A stretch of DNA of 64,000 bases, taken from the NCBI GenBank assembly GCA_965219085.1, contig OZ244720.1, positions 1,632,001-1,696,000 of the forward strand, in the 5' to 3' direction. The stretch is from Dehalococcoidia bacterium. Its GTDB lineage: Bacteria > Chloroflexota > Dehalococcoidia > UBA2979. Shown one piece after another: positions 19,839 through 29,541 of the stretch (the stretch's first letter is position 1; each line of letters begins with the position of its first letter). The notes below the pieces were generated by a model, which was given only the letters and a program-made list of their open reading frames with translations, ran no database searches and had not been told where the DNA came from. The position numbers were made by a program, and so were the translations under genes.

Positions 19839-20531
19839 CTACAGGTCGAGCGGCGGCTGCACCGCCGGGTCGGAGGCGTCCGGCGCGGGCGCCTCGGCGT
19901 GCTCCCCGCTGGGCGATGCCGCGGGCTCCGCGTCCTCGTTCGGTTCGACGGGCAGCGCGCGTTGCACGCCGTCGTCGAGGCCGAGTAGCTCCGGGAGCTC
20001 GTCGAGGCCGGGGAGGTGGTCGGCCTGCTCGAGCCCGAAGTGTTCGAGGAAGCGCTGCGTGGTGCCGTAGAGGCCGGGCCGTCCCGGCCCGTCCGCGCGG
20101 CCGACGCGCTCGACGAGCCCGCGCGCACGCAGCGTGGCGAGCACGCCGTCGCTGCTGGTGCCGCGGATCGCCTCGATGGCCGCGCGCGTGACCGGCTGGC
20201 GGTAGGCGATCACCGCCAGCGTCTCGAGCGCGGCCGTCGACAGGCGCCGCGAGGACTCCAGGCCCAGGAAGTGTTCGACGACCGCCGCCGCGTCGGGCGC
20301 GGTGATGAGTTGCACGCCCTCGGGGCCGCTCTGGACCCGGATGCCTCTGCCATCGAGGTGGTCGCGCACCTCGTTCAGCCCCTGGCGCACCTTGCCGGGC
20401 GTCACGCCGAGCGTGCGCGCGAACGCCGCCGCGGCCACCGGGCCGTCGGCGACGAAGAGCAGCGCCTCGAGGAGCGCGGGGATCGCCTCGGCGGTCGGCT
20501 CGTCGAATGGGGGTCGTGGTTCGTCCGGCAT
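19839..20531 (-). CDS. scpB: SMC-Scp complex subunit ScpB
   Basis: LEALLFV, LSTAALETLAVIAYRQPVTRA.IE.IRG, GRP.LYGTT..FL..FGL. Confidence 0.94.
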   Translation of the reverse strand: MPDEPRPPFDEPTAEAIPALLEALLFVADGPVAAAAFARTLGVTPGKVRQGLNEVRDHLDGRGIRVQSGPEGVQLITAPDAAAVVEHFLGLESSRRLSTAALETLAVIAYRQPVTRAAIEAIRGTSSDGVLATLRARGLVERVGRADGPGRPGLYGTTQRFLEHFGLEQADHLPGLDELPELLGLDDGVQRALPVEPNEDAEPAASPSGEHAEAPAPDASDPAVQPPLDL

Positions 20532-20613
20532 CGGTCCCGTGGCAGGGGGAGCAGCCAGTGGGGGCGTCCGGCGGTGACCGTCGGTTGCGCCTGTGTCCCG
20601 TACGATGCGCCGG

Positions 20614-21501
20614 ATGATCGTAGATGTCCACACCCACGCCTTCCCGCCCGCGATGATCGCGGCGCGCGAGCGCCTCGCCGGCGCCGACGCGGGCTTTGCG
20701 GCGCTCTACGCGGACCCCCGCGCTCAGATGGCGACGGCGGACGAGGTGCTCGAGGCGATGGACGAAGCGGGCGTCGATCGCGCGGTCGTCGCGGGCTTCG
20801 CGTGGGAATCGCCCGAGCTCTGCGCGGTGCACGCTGCCTACCTGCTCGGTACCGCCACCGGCTCGGACGGCCGTCTCCTGCCGTTCGTGCCCGTGCCGAC
20901 CGCGTTCCTCGGCGGCATCGACGTCACCGCCGACGCGATGCGCGCGTGGCTCGATCCGCTCGTGGCAGGCGGCGCGGCCGGCCTCGGTGAGGTCCGGCTG
21001 AGCGGCGGCACCCACCCCGCCACGCTCAAGGAGCAGGTGCTGGCCGCCGACCGCCTCGCGGAGCTCGTCGCCGGGTTCGACCTGCCGCTGCTCGTGCACG
21101 CCTCGGAGGAAGTCGGGCACGAGTATCCCGGCAAGGCGGGAGGCTTCACGGCCGGCGGGCTGTGGCGGCTGCTCGCAGCGCACCCCGTGCGCGTGATCGC
21201 CGCGCACTGGGGCGGCGGCCTGCCGTTCCACGCCCTCATGCCCGAGGTGCGCGCCATCCTCGGCGAGGGTCGCCTGCTCTTCGACTCGGCCGCCTCGAAG
21301 TTCCTGTACGACCCCTCGGTCTTCGCGACCGTCGCGAACCTCGCGGGGCAGGAGCACGTCGCCTGGGGCTCCGACTTCCCGCTGCGCGGCATGGCCTTCG
21401 ACCGCGCGGACGCCGAGGCGGCACTGGGCGATCTGCGCGACGCCGCACTGCGCAATGCCGTGCTCGGCGGTAACGCCGCGCGCTTCCTCGGCATCGAGTA
21501 G
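20614..21501 (+). CDS. amidohydrolase_2 family protein
   Basis: DVHTH, GLGEV, AAHWGGG, WGSDFP, GGNAARFL. Confidence 0.9.
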   Translation: MIVDVHTHAFPPAMIAARERLAGADAGFAALYADPRAQMATADEVLEAMDEAGVDRAVVAGFAWESPELCAVHAAYLLGTATGSDGRLLPFVPVPTAFLGGIDVTADAMRAWLDPLVAGGAAGLGEVRLSGGTHPATLKEQVLAADRLAELVAGFDLPLLVHASEEVGHEYPGKAGGFTAGGLWRLLAAHPVRVIAAHWGGGLPFHALMPEVRAILGEGRLLFDSAASKFLYDPSVFATVANLAGQEHVAWGSDFPLRGMAFDRADAEAALGDLRDAALRNAVLGGNAARFLGIE

Positions 21502-21503
21502 CG

Positions 21504-22070
21504 GTGCGGCTCTTCCTCGCGATCGAGCTGCCCGAGCCGTGGCTGCGCGAGGCCGCGCGCGCGCTCGACGAGCTCACCGCCACGCTCGGCGACGACGCGA
21601 GCGTGCTGCGCCCGGTCGCGCTCGACCGCATGCACCTCACCGTGCGGTTCCTCGGCGAGGTCGACGAGGATCTGGTCCCCGCGCTCGACGCGGCGCTGCG
21701 GGAGTCCGTCCCGCCGGTCGGTGTCGACCTCGAACTCACCGCGGCCGGGACGTTCGGCTCGGCGGCGCGCACCTCGGTCGTCTGGCTCGGTCTCGGTGGG
21801 GACCTCGACGCGCTGCGCGCGCTCGCCGGGCGCGTCGAGGCGGCCGTGGAGGCGGCGGGCCTGCGGCCCGAGCGCCGCGAGCTGCGCCCGCACGTCACGC
21901 TCGCGCGCGTGCGCCGTCAGGCCTCTGCCTCGCAGCGGCGCGCTATCGGCCACGCCGTCGCCGCCCTCGAAGCGCCGCCCTCGCACCCCCACCGTGCGGG
22001 GGAGGTGGTGTTGGTGCGCTCGCACCTGGGGGCGGGTCAGCCGCGGTACGAGGTGTTGGGGCGGTATTGA
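21504..22070 (+). CDS. thpR: RNA 2',3'-cyclic phosphodiesterase
   Basis: RLFLAI; two HxT motifs (HLTVRFLG, PHVTLAR). Confidence 0.92.
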   Translation: MRLFLAIELPEPWLREAARALDELTATLGDDASVLRPVALDRMHLTVRFLGEVDEDLVPALDAALRESVPPVGVDLELTAAGTFGSAARTSVVWLGLGGDLDALRALAGRVEAAVEAAGLRPERRELRPHVTLARVRRQASASQRRAIGHAVAALEAPPSHPHRAGEVVLVRSHLGAGQPRYEVLGRY

Positions 22071-22149
22071 GGGCGGTGTGCCACATCCCTCGTGGGCGTG
22101 CGAGGTCGGTGTGGGAGACTCGCCCACAGCGGCGTACCTGGAGCACCTC

Positions 22150-23079
22150 ATGACTTCCGGCGAGCCAGCCACCCAGGCCTCGCTGTTCGACTCCCCAGCA
22201 GAGCAGCCCGCCGCCTACGACGCGGCGTTCCGCACGGGCAGCGTCGAGGTCTCCTCGAAGCCCGCGCGCGAGATCCTGATGCGCGCGACGGGGTTCATGG
22301 ATCAGTACGACTTCACGCTCAACCCGTACAGCGGGTGCGCCTTCGGGTGCTCGTACTGTTACGCCGCCTTCTTCAGTCGCAGCGCCGAGCGGCGCGACAC
22401 GTGGGGGCAGTGGGTCGAGGTGAAGGAGAACGCCGTCGACCTGATCAAGAGGCGCAAGATCGGGAAGCTCGACGGCAAGTGCATCTACATGAGCAGCGTC
22501 ACCGACCCGTATCAGCCGATCGAGCGTACGGTCGGGCTGACGCGCGGGGTGCTGCAGGTGCTCGCCGACCGCCACGCGCCGAAGCTCGTCGTGCAGACCC
22601 GCAGCCCGGATGTCGTGCGTGACTGTGACCTGTTCCAGCAGATCGAGGACGGCGGCGGGCGGGTGCGGGTCAACATGACCGTCACTACCGACGACGAGGA
22701 CGTGCGCCGTCTCTTCGAGCCCTCGTGCCCCTCGAACGCGCAGCGGCTCGACGCGGTGGCCGAGCTGCGCGACGCGGGGATCGACGTCGGCGTGACGATG
22801 ACGCCGCTGCTGCTGGTGAGCGACGCGGAGGCGTTCGCGGAGAGCCTGCTGGCGACGGGCGCCGAGCACTTCATCGTGCAGCCGTTCCACTTCGCGCGCG
22901 GCAAGTTCGTCGCCTCGACGCGGGAAGGGGCGCTGGCGCTGATGGCGGAGAAGCTCGGCTGCGACGTGGCCTCGTTCCAGTCGAGGTACCTCGAGCACTA
23001 CGGCGCGGTCTTCGAGGTGTTGCGAGACCGCCTGCCGGAGCTGGGGGAGGGCAAGGACGGGTTCGCGCCACCGTTCTAG
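22150..23079 (+). CDS. radical SAM protein, spore-photoproduct-lyase-like family
   Basis: LNPYSGCAFGCSYCYA, SSVTDPYQPIE, FEP. Confidence 0.88.
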   Translation: MTSGEPATQASLFDSPAEQPAAYDAAFRTGSVEVSSKPAREILMRATGFMDQYDFTLNPYSGCAFGCSYCYAAFFSRSAERRDTWGQWVEVKENAVDLIKRRKIGKLDGKCIYMSSVTDPYQPIERTVGLTRGVLQVLADRHAPKLVVQTRSPDVVRDCDLFQQIEDGGGRVRVNMTVTTDDEDVRRLFEPSCPSNAQRLDAVAELRDAGIDVGVTMTPLLLVSDAEAFAESLLATGAEHFIVQPFHFARGKFVASTREGALALMAEKLGCDVASFQSRYLEHYGAVFEVLRDRLPELGEGKDGFAPPF

Positions 23080-23284
23080 TGGCGATGTGGACACTCGCTG
23101 CGCGAGATGTTGACGGTCGCGGCTGGGGCCGCCTACGCTCGATCCGAGGGGCGACGCGATTCTGTCTTCCAACGCACACGACACCGGTTCCTCGACCCGG
23201 CCGCCGCACCGGCAGGGACCGTTGCCGGAGCGTGCCGCGCGTCCGCCCTCCGAGGCTCACTCCCCGCGTCGGACAGGAGGCCTG

Positions 23285-23530
23285 ATGCACTCGGGCATGA
23301 TTGGCAAGGTCGAGAAGGCACGCCGCTACTCCCGCGAACGCGACCGCTTGCAGTTCACCCAACTGACCGTCTCCGTCGATGGCGACAACGGCAGCCACGA
23401 GGTCCGTTACGACCTCGGCGGCTGGGAGTGCAACTGCGACTTCTTCGCACATCGCCGCACGTGCGCCCACACCATGGCGCTCGAACTCCTGCTCGACGGG
23501 ATGCTGTCCGAGGAGGCCGCCGTCGCCTGA
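23285..23530 (+). CDS. small SWIM-type zinc-finger protein
   Basis: WECNCDFF....TCAH; AGGAGG RBS. Confidence 0.8.
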   Translation: MHSGMIGKVEKARRYSRERDRLQFTQLTVSVDGDNGSHEVRYDLGGWECNCDFFAHRRTCAHTMALELLLDGMLSEEAAVA

Positions 23531-23960
23531 CCCAGACGACGCCCACGACCTCGCCCGCAACGCCGAGGCGACCCGTCGCCTCGGCGCGCTCGCAGCACGC
23601 CTCGACGCCTCCGATCTGGAGCGCTCGCTGGGTCGCGGGTGGACTGTCGGGTTCGCGCTCGCGCACGTAGCGTTCTGGGAGGCCCGGCAGGACGCGGCTC
23701 TGCGCGTCTGGCTCGATGGCGCCGATTTCCCCGCCGAGGACGAGACCACGAATCCAGCCCTCGAGGCCATCGCACCGCTGCTCGATCCCGCAGCCGCGGT
23801 CGCCTCGGCCGAGGCGACCGCGAGGCAACTCGACGCCACCATCACGAGCCTGACCGCCGGGCAGCGCGCCGAGCTGGTGGCGAAGGGATCCGGCTACGCG
23901 ATCCGGCGGTGGGCACACCGCGAGGACCACATCGCGCAGATCGAGGCCGCGCTGAACTGA
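23523..23960 (+). CDS. DinB / MDMPI-N superfamily protein (start unclear)
   Basis: GWTV...LAHVAFWE...HREDHIAQIE; no canonical start codon near the junction. Confidence 0.65.
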   Translation, partial: SPDPDDAHDLARNAEATRRLGALAARLDASDLERSLGRGWTVGFALAHVAFWEARQDAALRVWLDGADFPAEDETTNPALEAIAPLLDPAAAVASAEATARQLDATITSLTAGQRAELVAKGSGYAIRRWAHREDHIAQIEAALN

Positions 23961-23980
23961 CCGCGGCGTGATCGGCGCGC

Positions 23981-24346
23981 CTACGCGTCGTCGCTGAGGG
24001 TCACTCGGCTCGATGCCACTCTCGACAGCGCCCGTGTCGACGAGCGCAGCATGCGGGTCATTGGGCGGCGTTGGGATCCCGACACCGTGAACCCGCACTC
24101 AAGCTCCGGCACGGGACGACCCGAACATGAGCGAGGCAGGCAGACGCGGGATGGTGCGCCAACCTGCCGGATCAGGTACGGGCCTCGTCCGAACGTGCGC
24201 ATCGCCGTGGTGATCGCGTCTTCGTACGACGCGTAGTCGCCAACGAGCGATCCGTCGTGGAACACGACCCAGCGGCCGTGATGGTCGCGCTCCAGCCGCT
24301 CACGTTGCGAGTCGTACGCGGCGATCTGCCTGTCCGGTGCATCCAC
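23981..24346 (-). pseudogene. DUF5678-like small protein followed by a frameshifted retropepsin-like protease remnant
   Basis: LERDHHGRWVVFHDG..VG.Y.SYEDA...PYLIRQVG; ALVDTGA appears in another frame near 24030-24050. Confidence 0.5.
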
Positions 24347-24456
24347 GTGTAGCTACGTCCCCGAGGTGGGAGGGGTTGCGATGCAGCCTCACCATAACAG
24401 GCCGTGCGGTCGCTCAAGGTCGTGCTGGAACCAGGCTCGCCGGTGAGGCTGGCCGG

Positions 24457-25716
24457 CTACTCGTCGAAGCGCTGGAGCGCGAGCACGGCATTCTGCCCGC
24501 CGAACCCGAACGAGTTCTTGAGCATCGTCCGCACCTCGGCGGTGCGCGACTCCTTCGGGACGTAGTCGAGGTCGCACTCCGGGTCGGCGTTGTCGAGGTT
24601 GATCGTGGGGGCGATCTGCCCCGTGAGCAGCGTCTGCACCGCCGCGATGGTCTCGACGCCCCCGGCGCCGCCGAGGAGGTGGCCGACCTGCGACTTGAAG
24701 GCCGTGACCGGCACGCGGTAGGCGTGCTCGCCGAAGACCGTGCGGATCGCCTGCGTCTCCGCGATGTCGCCCACCTCTGTTGCCGTCGCGTGCGCCGAGA
24801 TGTAGTCGATCTCCTCCGCGTCGAGGCCGGCCGCGTCCAGCGCCGCCTGCATCGCGCGCGCGGCGCCGTCGCCGCCCTCCGGCGGGGCGACGAGGTAGGC
24901 GGCGTCCGCGGTCACGCCGTAGCCGAGCACTTCGGCGAGGGGGCGCGCGCCGCGCGCCTGCGCGTGCTCGAGGCTCTCGAGCACGACCAGCCCGGCGCCC
25001 TCGGACGGCGCGAAGCCGTCGCGGTCGCGGTCGAAGGGGCGCGAGGACTCGCCAGGGCGGTCGTTGAAGTTGGTGGTGAGGGCACGCATCGCGCAGAACC
25101 CGGCGAGGCCGAGCTCGGAGATGCCGGCCTCGGTGCCGCCGGCGACCATCACGTCCGCCTCGCCGCGGCGGATCACCTCGGCGGCGTCGCCGATGGCCTG
25201 CGTGGCGGCTGCGCAGGCGGTGGTCACGGTGTTGGAGTGGCCGAGCAGGCCGAGCTGGATGGTGAGGTTCCCGGCCGCCATGTTCGGCAGCATCTTCGCG
25301 AGGTAGAGCGGGTCCAGGCGCATCCCGCCGCGCCCGAGCAGGGTGCGCATCGCGGTGTCGGTCTCCGGGATGCCGCCGCCGCCGTTGCCCAGCACCGTCC
25401 CCGCGCGGCGGCGGTCGATGCTGTCGAGGTCGAGGCCGGCATCGTCGAGCGCCTGCTTGCCGGCGGCGATGGCGAACTGCGAGAAGCGCGCCGTGCGGCG
25501 GGCGGTACGGCGGTCCATCCACTCGGTCGGGTCGAAGTCTTCTACCTGGCCGGCGACCTGGCACGGGTAGGCGGAGGGGTCGATGGCGGTGAGCTCACCG
25601 ATCCCGGACTCGCCCGCGACCGCACGGCGCCACATCTCGTCGACGGTGTTGCCGAGCGGCGAAATGATGCCCATGCCGGTGATGACGACGCGCCCGCGTC
25701 CGTTGCCCGATGCCAT
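24457..25716 (-). CDS. fabF: beta-ketoacyl-ACP synthase II
   Basis: RVVITGMG, TACAAATQAIG, SAHATAT, KSQVGHLLG, NSFGFGGQN. Confidence 0.93.
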   Translation of the reverse strand: MASGNGRGRVVITGMGIISPLGNTVDEMWRRAVAGESGIGELTAIDPSAYPCQVAGQVEDFDPTEWMDRRTARRTARFSQFAIAAGKQALDDAGLDLDSIDRRRAGTVLGNGGGGIPETDTAMRTLLGRGGMRLDPLYLAKMLPNMAAGNLTIQLGLLGHSNTVTTACAAATQAIGDAAEVIRRGEADVMVAGGTEAGISELGLAGFCAMRALTTNFNDRPGESSRPFDRDRDGFAPSEGAGLVVLESLEHAQARGARPLAEVLGYGVTADAAYLVAPPEGGDGAARAMQAALDAAGLDAEEIDYISAHATATEVGDIAETQAIRTVFGEHAYRVPVTAFKSQVGHLLGGAGGVETIAAVQTLLTGQIAPTINLDNADPECDLDYVPKESRTAEVRTMLKNSFGFGGQNAVLALQRFDE

Positions 25717-25752
25717 CGCTGCTCCCCGGCCCCGTGGCCCCGTCGCGCCAGT

Positions 25753-27111
25753 CTAGCGCAGTCCGAACGCCCGGTCGCCGGTGACGCCGAGCAGGTGCTC
25801 GCGCGCCTCCGAGACCGTGTACAGCGAGCCCGTGACGAGCACCGTGCCAGCGTCGCCGGCGAGGCCCCGTGCGAGCTCCACGGCCGCCGCCACGCCCACG
25901 GCGCGCTGCACTGCGGCGCCCTCCGCGCGGAACGCCGCCTCGACCTCTGCGATGTCGGCGGCGCGCTGCGAGGAGGGCGCGGTCACCACGACCGTCGTCA
26001 TCGCCTCGCCGTCGGGGCCGAGCAGCGCCCGCGCCACGGCCGAGGCGTCGCGACCGCCGAGCAGGCCCGTGACCAGGACGCGCGGCCGGCGCAGTCCGAG
26101 CGCCTCGACGGTCTCGCGGAAGCGCGTGGCGGCCAGGGGCGTGTGCAGCGCGTCGGCGACGATCAGCGGCCGGCGGCGCAGCACCTCGAAGCGACCGTGC
26201 CAGACGACGCGCCCGAGGCCCTGCGGGACGGCCGACGCCGGTAGTTCCTCGCCCATGGAAGCCCACGCCAGCTCGGCGGCGCGGACGGCGGCCGCGGCGT
26301 TCTCCGCCTGGTGCCGGCCGATCAGCGGCAGCTGGAGACGACGGTACGTCCGCAGCGGCGTGCGCAGGTCGAACGTCTGGCCGTCGAGGTTCTGGTTGGT
26401 CACGCGCATGGCGCACTCGGTTGCGACCTCATGCAGCGTCGCGCCGGCCTCGGCGGCGTGCGCGCGCACCACGTCAATGGCGCTCTCGCGCAGCGGCGCG
26501 ACGACGGCCTCGCACGGCCCGGTGAGGATGCCTGCCTTCTCGGCGGCTACCTGCGGGATGGTGTCGCCGAGGATGGCTGTGTGCTCGAGGTCGATGGGCA
26601 GGACTATCGCCACGTCCTTGCGGGCGATCACGTTCGTCGTGTCGAGGCGGCCGCCGAGGCCAACTTCGAGCACCTGCCAGTCGCAGCCCGCCTCCGCGCC
26701 CGCGAGCCAGCCGAGCAGGGTGACGAGCTCGAAGTACGACCAGCCCTCGGTCCCCTCGTCGCCGAGGAGGGCCTGGGCGAGCCGCGCGAATGTCGCGTGG
26801 TCCAGTGGTTCGCCGTCGACGCGCACGCGCTCGCGCGCCTGGTGCACGTCGGGCGAGGTCAGTAGCAGGGTGTGCGCGCCTGCCGCGCGCAGGATCGACT
26901 CGACCATCGCGGAGGTTGAGCCCTTGCCCTTGGAGCCGGCGACGTGGACGGTGCGGCGCTCCTCGGGCCGCCCGGCGCGGTCGAGGTAGTCACGGATGTG
27001 GGTGACGCGGAAGCGCTTCGCCTCGCGCGGGTCGCCGCTGCGCTCGAAGCCGCCGCGGGCCAGCAGGCCGCGCACCGCCTCCACGTACGCCTGGATCGAT
27101 TCGTCGTGCAT
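25753..27111 (-). CDS. folC: folylpolyglutamate synthase/dihydrofolate synthase
   Basis: HVAGSKGKGST, LEVGLGGRLDTTN, DLEHT..LG, EKAGI, GRFE, TGSLY. Confidence 0.93.
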   Translation of the reverse strand: MHDESIQAYVEAVRGLLARGGFERSGDPREAKRFRVTHIRDYLDRAGRPEERRTVHVAGSKGKGSTSAMVESILRAAGAHTLLLTSPDVHQARERVRVDGEPLDHATFARLAQALLGDEGTEGWSYFELVTLLGWLAGAEAGCDWQVLEVGLGGRLDTTNVIARKDVAIVLPIDLEHTAILGDTIPQVAAEKAGILTGPCEAVVAPLRESAIDVVRAHAAEAGATLHEVATECAMRVTNQNLDGQTFDLRTPLRTYRRLQLPLIGRHQAENAAAAVRAAELAWASMGEELPASAVPQGLGRVVWHGRFEVLRRRPLIVADALHTPLAATRFRETVEALGLRRPRVLVTGLLGGRDASAVARALLGPDGEAMTTVVVTAPSSQRAADIAEVEAAFRAEGAAVQRAVGVAAAVELARGLAGDAGTVLVTGSLYTVSEAREHLLGVTGDRAFGLR

Positions 27112-27145
27112 GGTCGGGTTCCGCGCGGCGCGGCGCGGTCGCGTC

Positions 27146-27580
27146 TTACGACTGCTGCCGCCGGGCGATCATATAGGTGACGCGGCCCACGGCGACGGTC
27201 GTGCCGGCCGCGTCGGTCACCTCGACGGTGGTGTAGACGACCCTGCGACCGCCACGCAGCACGCGCGCCTCGGCGACGATGTCGCTGGTGGCGGCGGCGA
27301 GGTAGCTGACGTTGAGGTCGGTACTGGCGAATCCCGCCCACGTCTCATCGTCCTCGGCGCGCGTGGTGAGCAGCGCCGCCGACCCCGCCGCGTCGATCAG
27401 CGAGGCGAGCACGCCGCCGTGCAGCGTGTCCGGGCGGCGCGTCTCCAGCTCCGCGCGCGCGGGGATGCGCAGCCGCGCCGAGCCCTCCGTGGCGTCGACC
27501 ACCTCGATGCCGAGCGTGCGCCAGAACGCGACCTCGTCGGGCGCGATGCGGGCAATGAGCTGTTCCTGCGTGGGGGTCAT
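27146..27580 (-). CDS. PaaI family thioesterase
   Basis: LHGGVLASLIDAA; STDLNVSYL; hotdog-fold pattern. Confidence 0.9.
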   Translation of the reverse strand: MTPTQEQLIARIAPDEVAFWRTLGIEVVDATEGSARLRIPARAELETRRPDTLHGGVLASLIDAAGSAALLTTRAEDDETWAGFASTDLNVSYLAAATSDIVAEARVLRGGRRVVYTTVEVTDAAGTTVAVGRVTYMIARRQQS

Positions 27581-29541
27581 CGGGTGGCGCTCCCGCGCGG
27601 CGCGGGCGAGGTGGCGCCGCCGGCGCCGTTGCTCCCGGCGCCGTCGCCATCGAGGCCGTCGTCGTCGTGGCGGTAGGTCATGCGGTAGAGGTCGGCGTAG
27701 ATGCCGTCCTCCGCGATGAGCTCCTCGTGGTTGCCGAGCTCGACGATCTCGCCGTCGCGCATGACGGCGATGCGGTCCGCGCTGCGGATCGTCGAAAGGC
27801 GGTGAGCGATCACGAGCGAGGTGCGGCCGCGCAGGATCGTCCTCAGTGCCTGCTGGATCAGCCGCTCCGAGTGCGTGTCGATGTTCGCCGTGGCCTCGTC
27901 GAGGATGAGGATGCGCGGCTCGGCGATGATCGCGCGGGCGAACGCGATGAGCTGCCGCTGTCCTACGGAGAGGTTCATGCCGCGCTCGTGCAGTTCGGTG
28001 TCGTAGCCCTCCGGCAGCCGGTCGACGAAGGTGTGCGCGCCGACGGCGCTGGCGGCCGCGGCGATCTCCTCGTCGGTGGCGTCCAGGCGGCCGTAGCGGA
28101 TGTTGTCGGCGATGGTGCCGGAGAACAGGTACGGCTCCTGCAGCACGACGCTCATGCGTCGGGTCAGCGAGGCGCGCTGGATCTCGCGCAGGTCGGTGCC
28201 GTCGATGAGGATCGAGCCGCCCTCGATGTCGTAGGAGCGGTTGACGAGCGCGGTGACGGTGGTCTTGCCGGCGCCGGTGTGGCCGACGAAGGCGATGGTC
28301 TCGCCGGGCTCGATGTGCAGGTCGAACTGGCGGAGCACGGGGACGTTCTTGACGTAGCTGAAGTCCACCTCGTTGAAGTCGATGCGGCCCTCGACGTCCG
28401 GGAGCACCTTCGCGTCCGGGGGGTCGACGATCTCGGGCTCGGTATCGAGGACCTCGAAGATGCGGTGGGCGCCGGCCATGGCGCGCTGGAGCATCGTGTA
28501 CTGTAGGACGATGTCGCGGACGGGGTTGAAGAAGCGCTGGATGTAGAGCAGGAAGCCGATCGAGTAGGCGAGCGCCTCGCCGGCGCCGAGGTCGCCGTTG
28601 AAGGTGCGCACGCCGATCACCACCAGCACCACCGCGGTCGCGATCGTCGACAGCATCTCGACCATCGGGATGACGGCGGCCTGGAGCTTCACCGCGTCCA
28701 TGTTGGAGTCGAGGTTGACGCGGTTGAGGCGCTCGAACTGGCGGAGGTTCTCCTCCTCGCGGTTGAGCGACTGGACGATGCGGACGCCCGAGACGTTCTC
28801 ATTGATCGAGCCGTTGACGATCGAGATGGCCTGGCGCACGCGGATGAAGGCGCGGGCGGCGGGGGTCTGCCACCACACCATGAAGATCATCAGCAGCGGG
28901 ATCACCGACAGGGAGATCACCGCCAGCAGCGGGTCGAGCAGGAACAGGAACAGCACGATCAGTCCCAGCCCGACGATGTCGGCGAGGATGTTGAGGAAGC
29001 CCGAGGTGATGAGCTCCTGCAGCGTCACCACGTCGGACGTGACGCGCGACATCACGCGCCCCACTTCCTCGCGGTCGAAGAAGCTGAGCGAGAGCTTGTT
29101 GAGGTGCGCGAACATCTGCGAGCGCAGGTCGCGCAGGATGCGGTGTCCCACGTACCCGGTCATCAGCCGCTGGAGTGCGGCGGAGGCGAACGAGAACGTC
29201 GCGAGGCCGACGAGCAGTGCACCGAAGTTCAGGATTTCGCTGTCCACCGCCGCGAGCTGCGCGGGTGAACCGGATCGCAGCTTCTCCACGATCGACTGGG
29301 TCGCGACGGCCATGACGTAGGGCTGGGCGTAGGAGGCGACGGCGAAGACGAGCATCGCGATGGTGGCGACGATGGTCTGCACCTTGTACGGCTTGAGGAA
29401 CGGGAAGAGCCGCTTGACCAGGTCGGGCTCGTAGACGCGGCCGAGATCGGCGTAGTCCCAGCCGTCGACCGGGCGGCCGCGCTGCACGCCGCGCTGGTCG
29501 CCGGACCATCCGCCCGCCTGTCCGCCGCCCCAGTACGCCAC
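27577..29541 (-). CDS. ABC exporter, fused permease/ATPase (heterodimer subunit)
   Basis: GHTGAGKT, LSVGQRQ, ILILDEAT, IAHRLST. Confidence 0.93.
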   Translation of the reverse strand: MAYWGGGQAGGWSGDQRGVQRGRPVDGWDYADLGRVYEPDLVKRLFPFLKPYKVQTIVATIAMLVFAVASYAQPYVMAVATQSIVEKLRSGSPAQLAAVDSEILNFGALLVGLATFSFASAALQRLMTGYVGHRILRDLRSQMFAHLNKLSLSFFDREEVGRVMSRVTSDVVTLQELITSGFLNILADIVGLGLIVLFLFLLDPLLAVISLSVIPLLMIFMVWWQTPAARAFIRVRQAISIVNGSINENVSGVRIVQSLNREEENLRQFERLNRVNLDSNMDAVKLQAAVIPMVEMLSTIATAVVLVVIGVRTFNGDLGAGEALAYSIGFLLYIQRFFNPVRDIVLQYTMLQRAMAGAHRIFEVLDTEPEIVDPPDAKVLPDVEGRIDFNEVDFSYVKNVPVLRQFDLHIEPGETIAFVGHTGAGKTTVTALVNRSYDIEGGSILIDGTDLREIQRASLTRRMSVVLQEPYLFSGTIADNIRYGRLDATDEEIAAAASAVGAHTFVDRLPEGYDTELHERGMNLSVGQRQLIAFARAIIAEPRILILDEATANIDTHSERLIQQALRTILRGRTSLVIAHRLSTIRSADRIAVMRDGEIVELGNHEELIAEDGIYADLYRMTYRHDDDGLDGDGAGSNGAGGATSPAPRGSATR

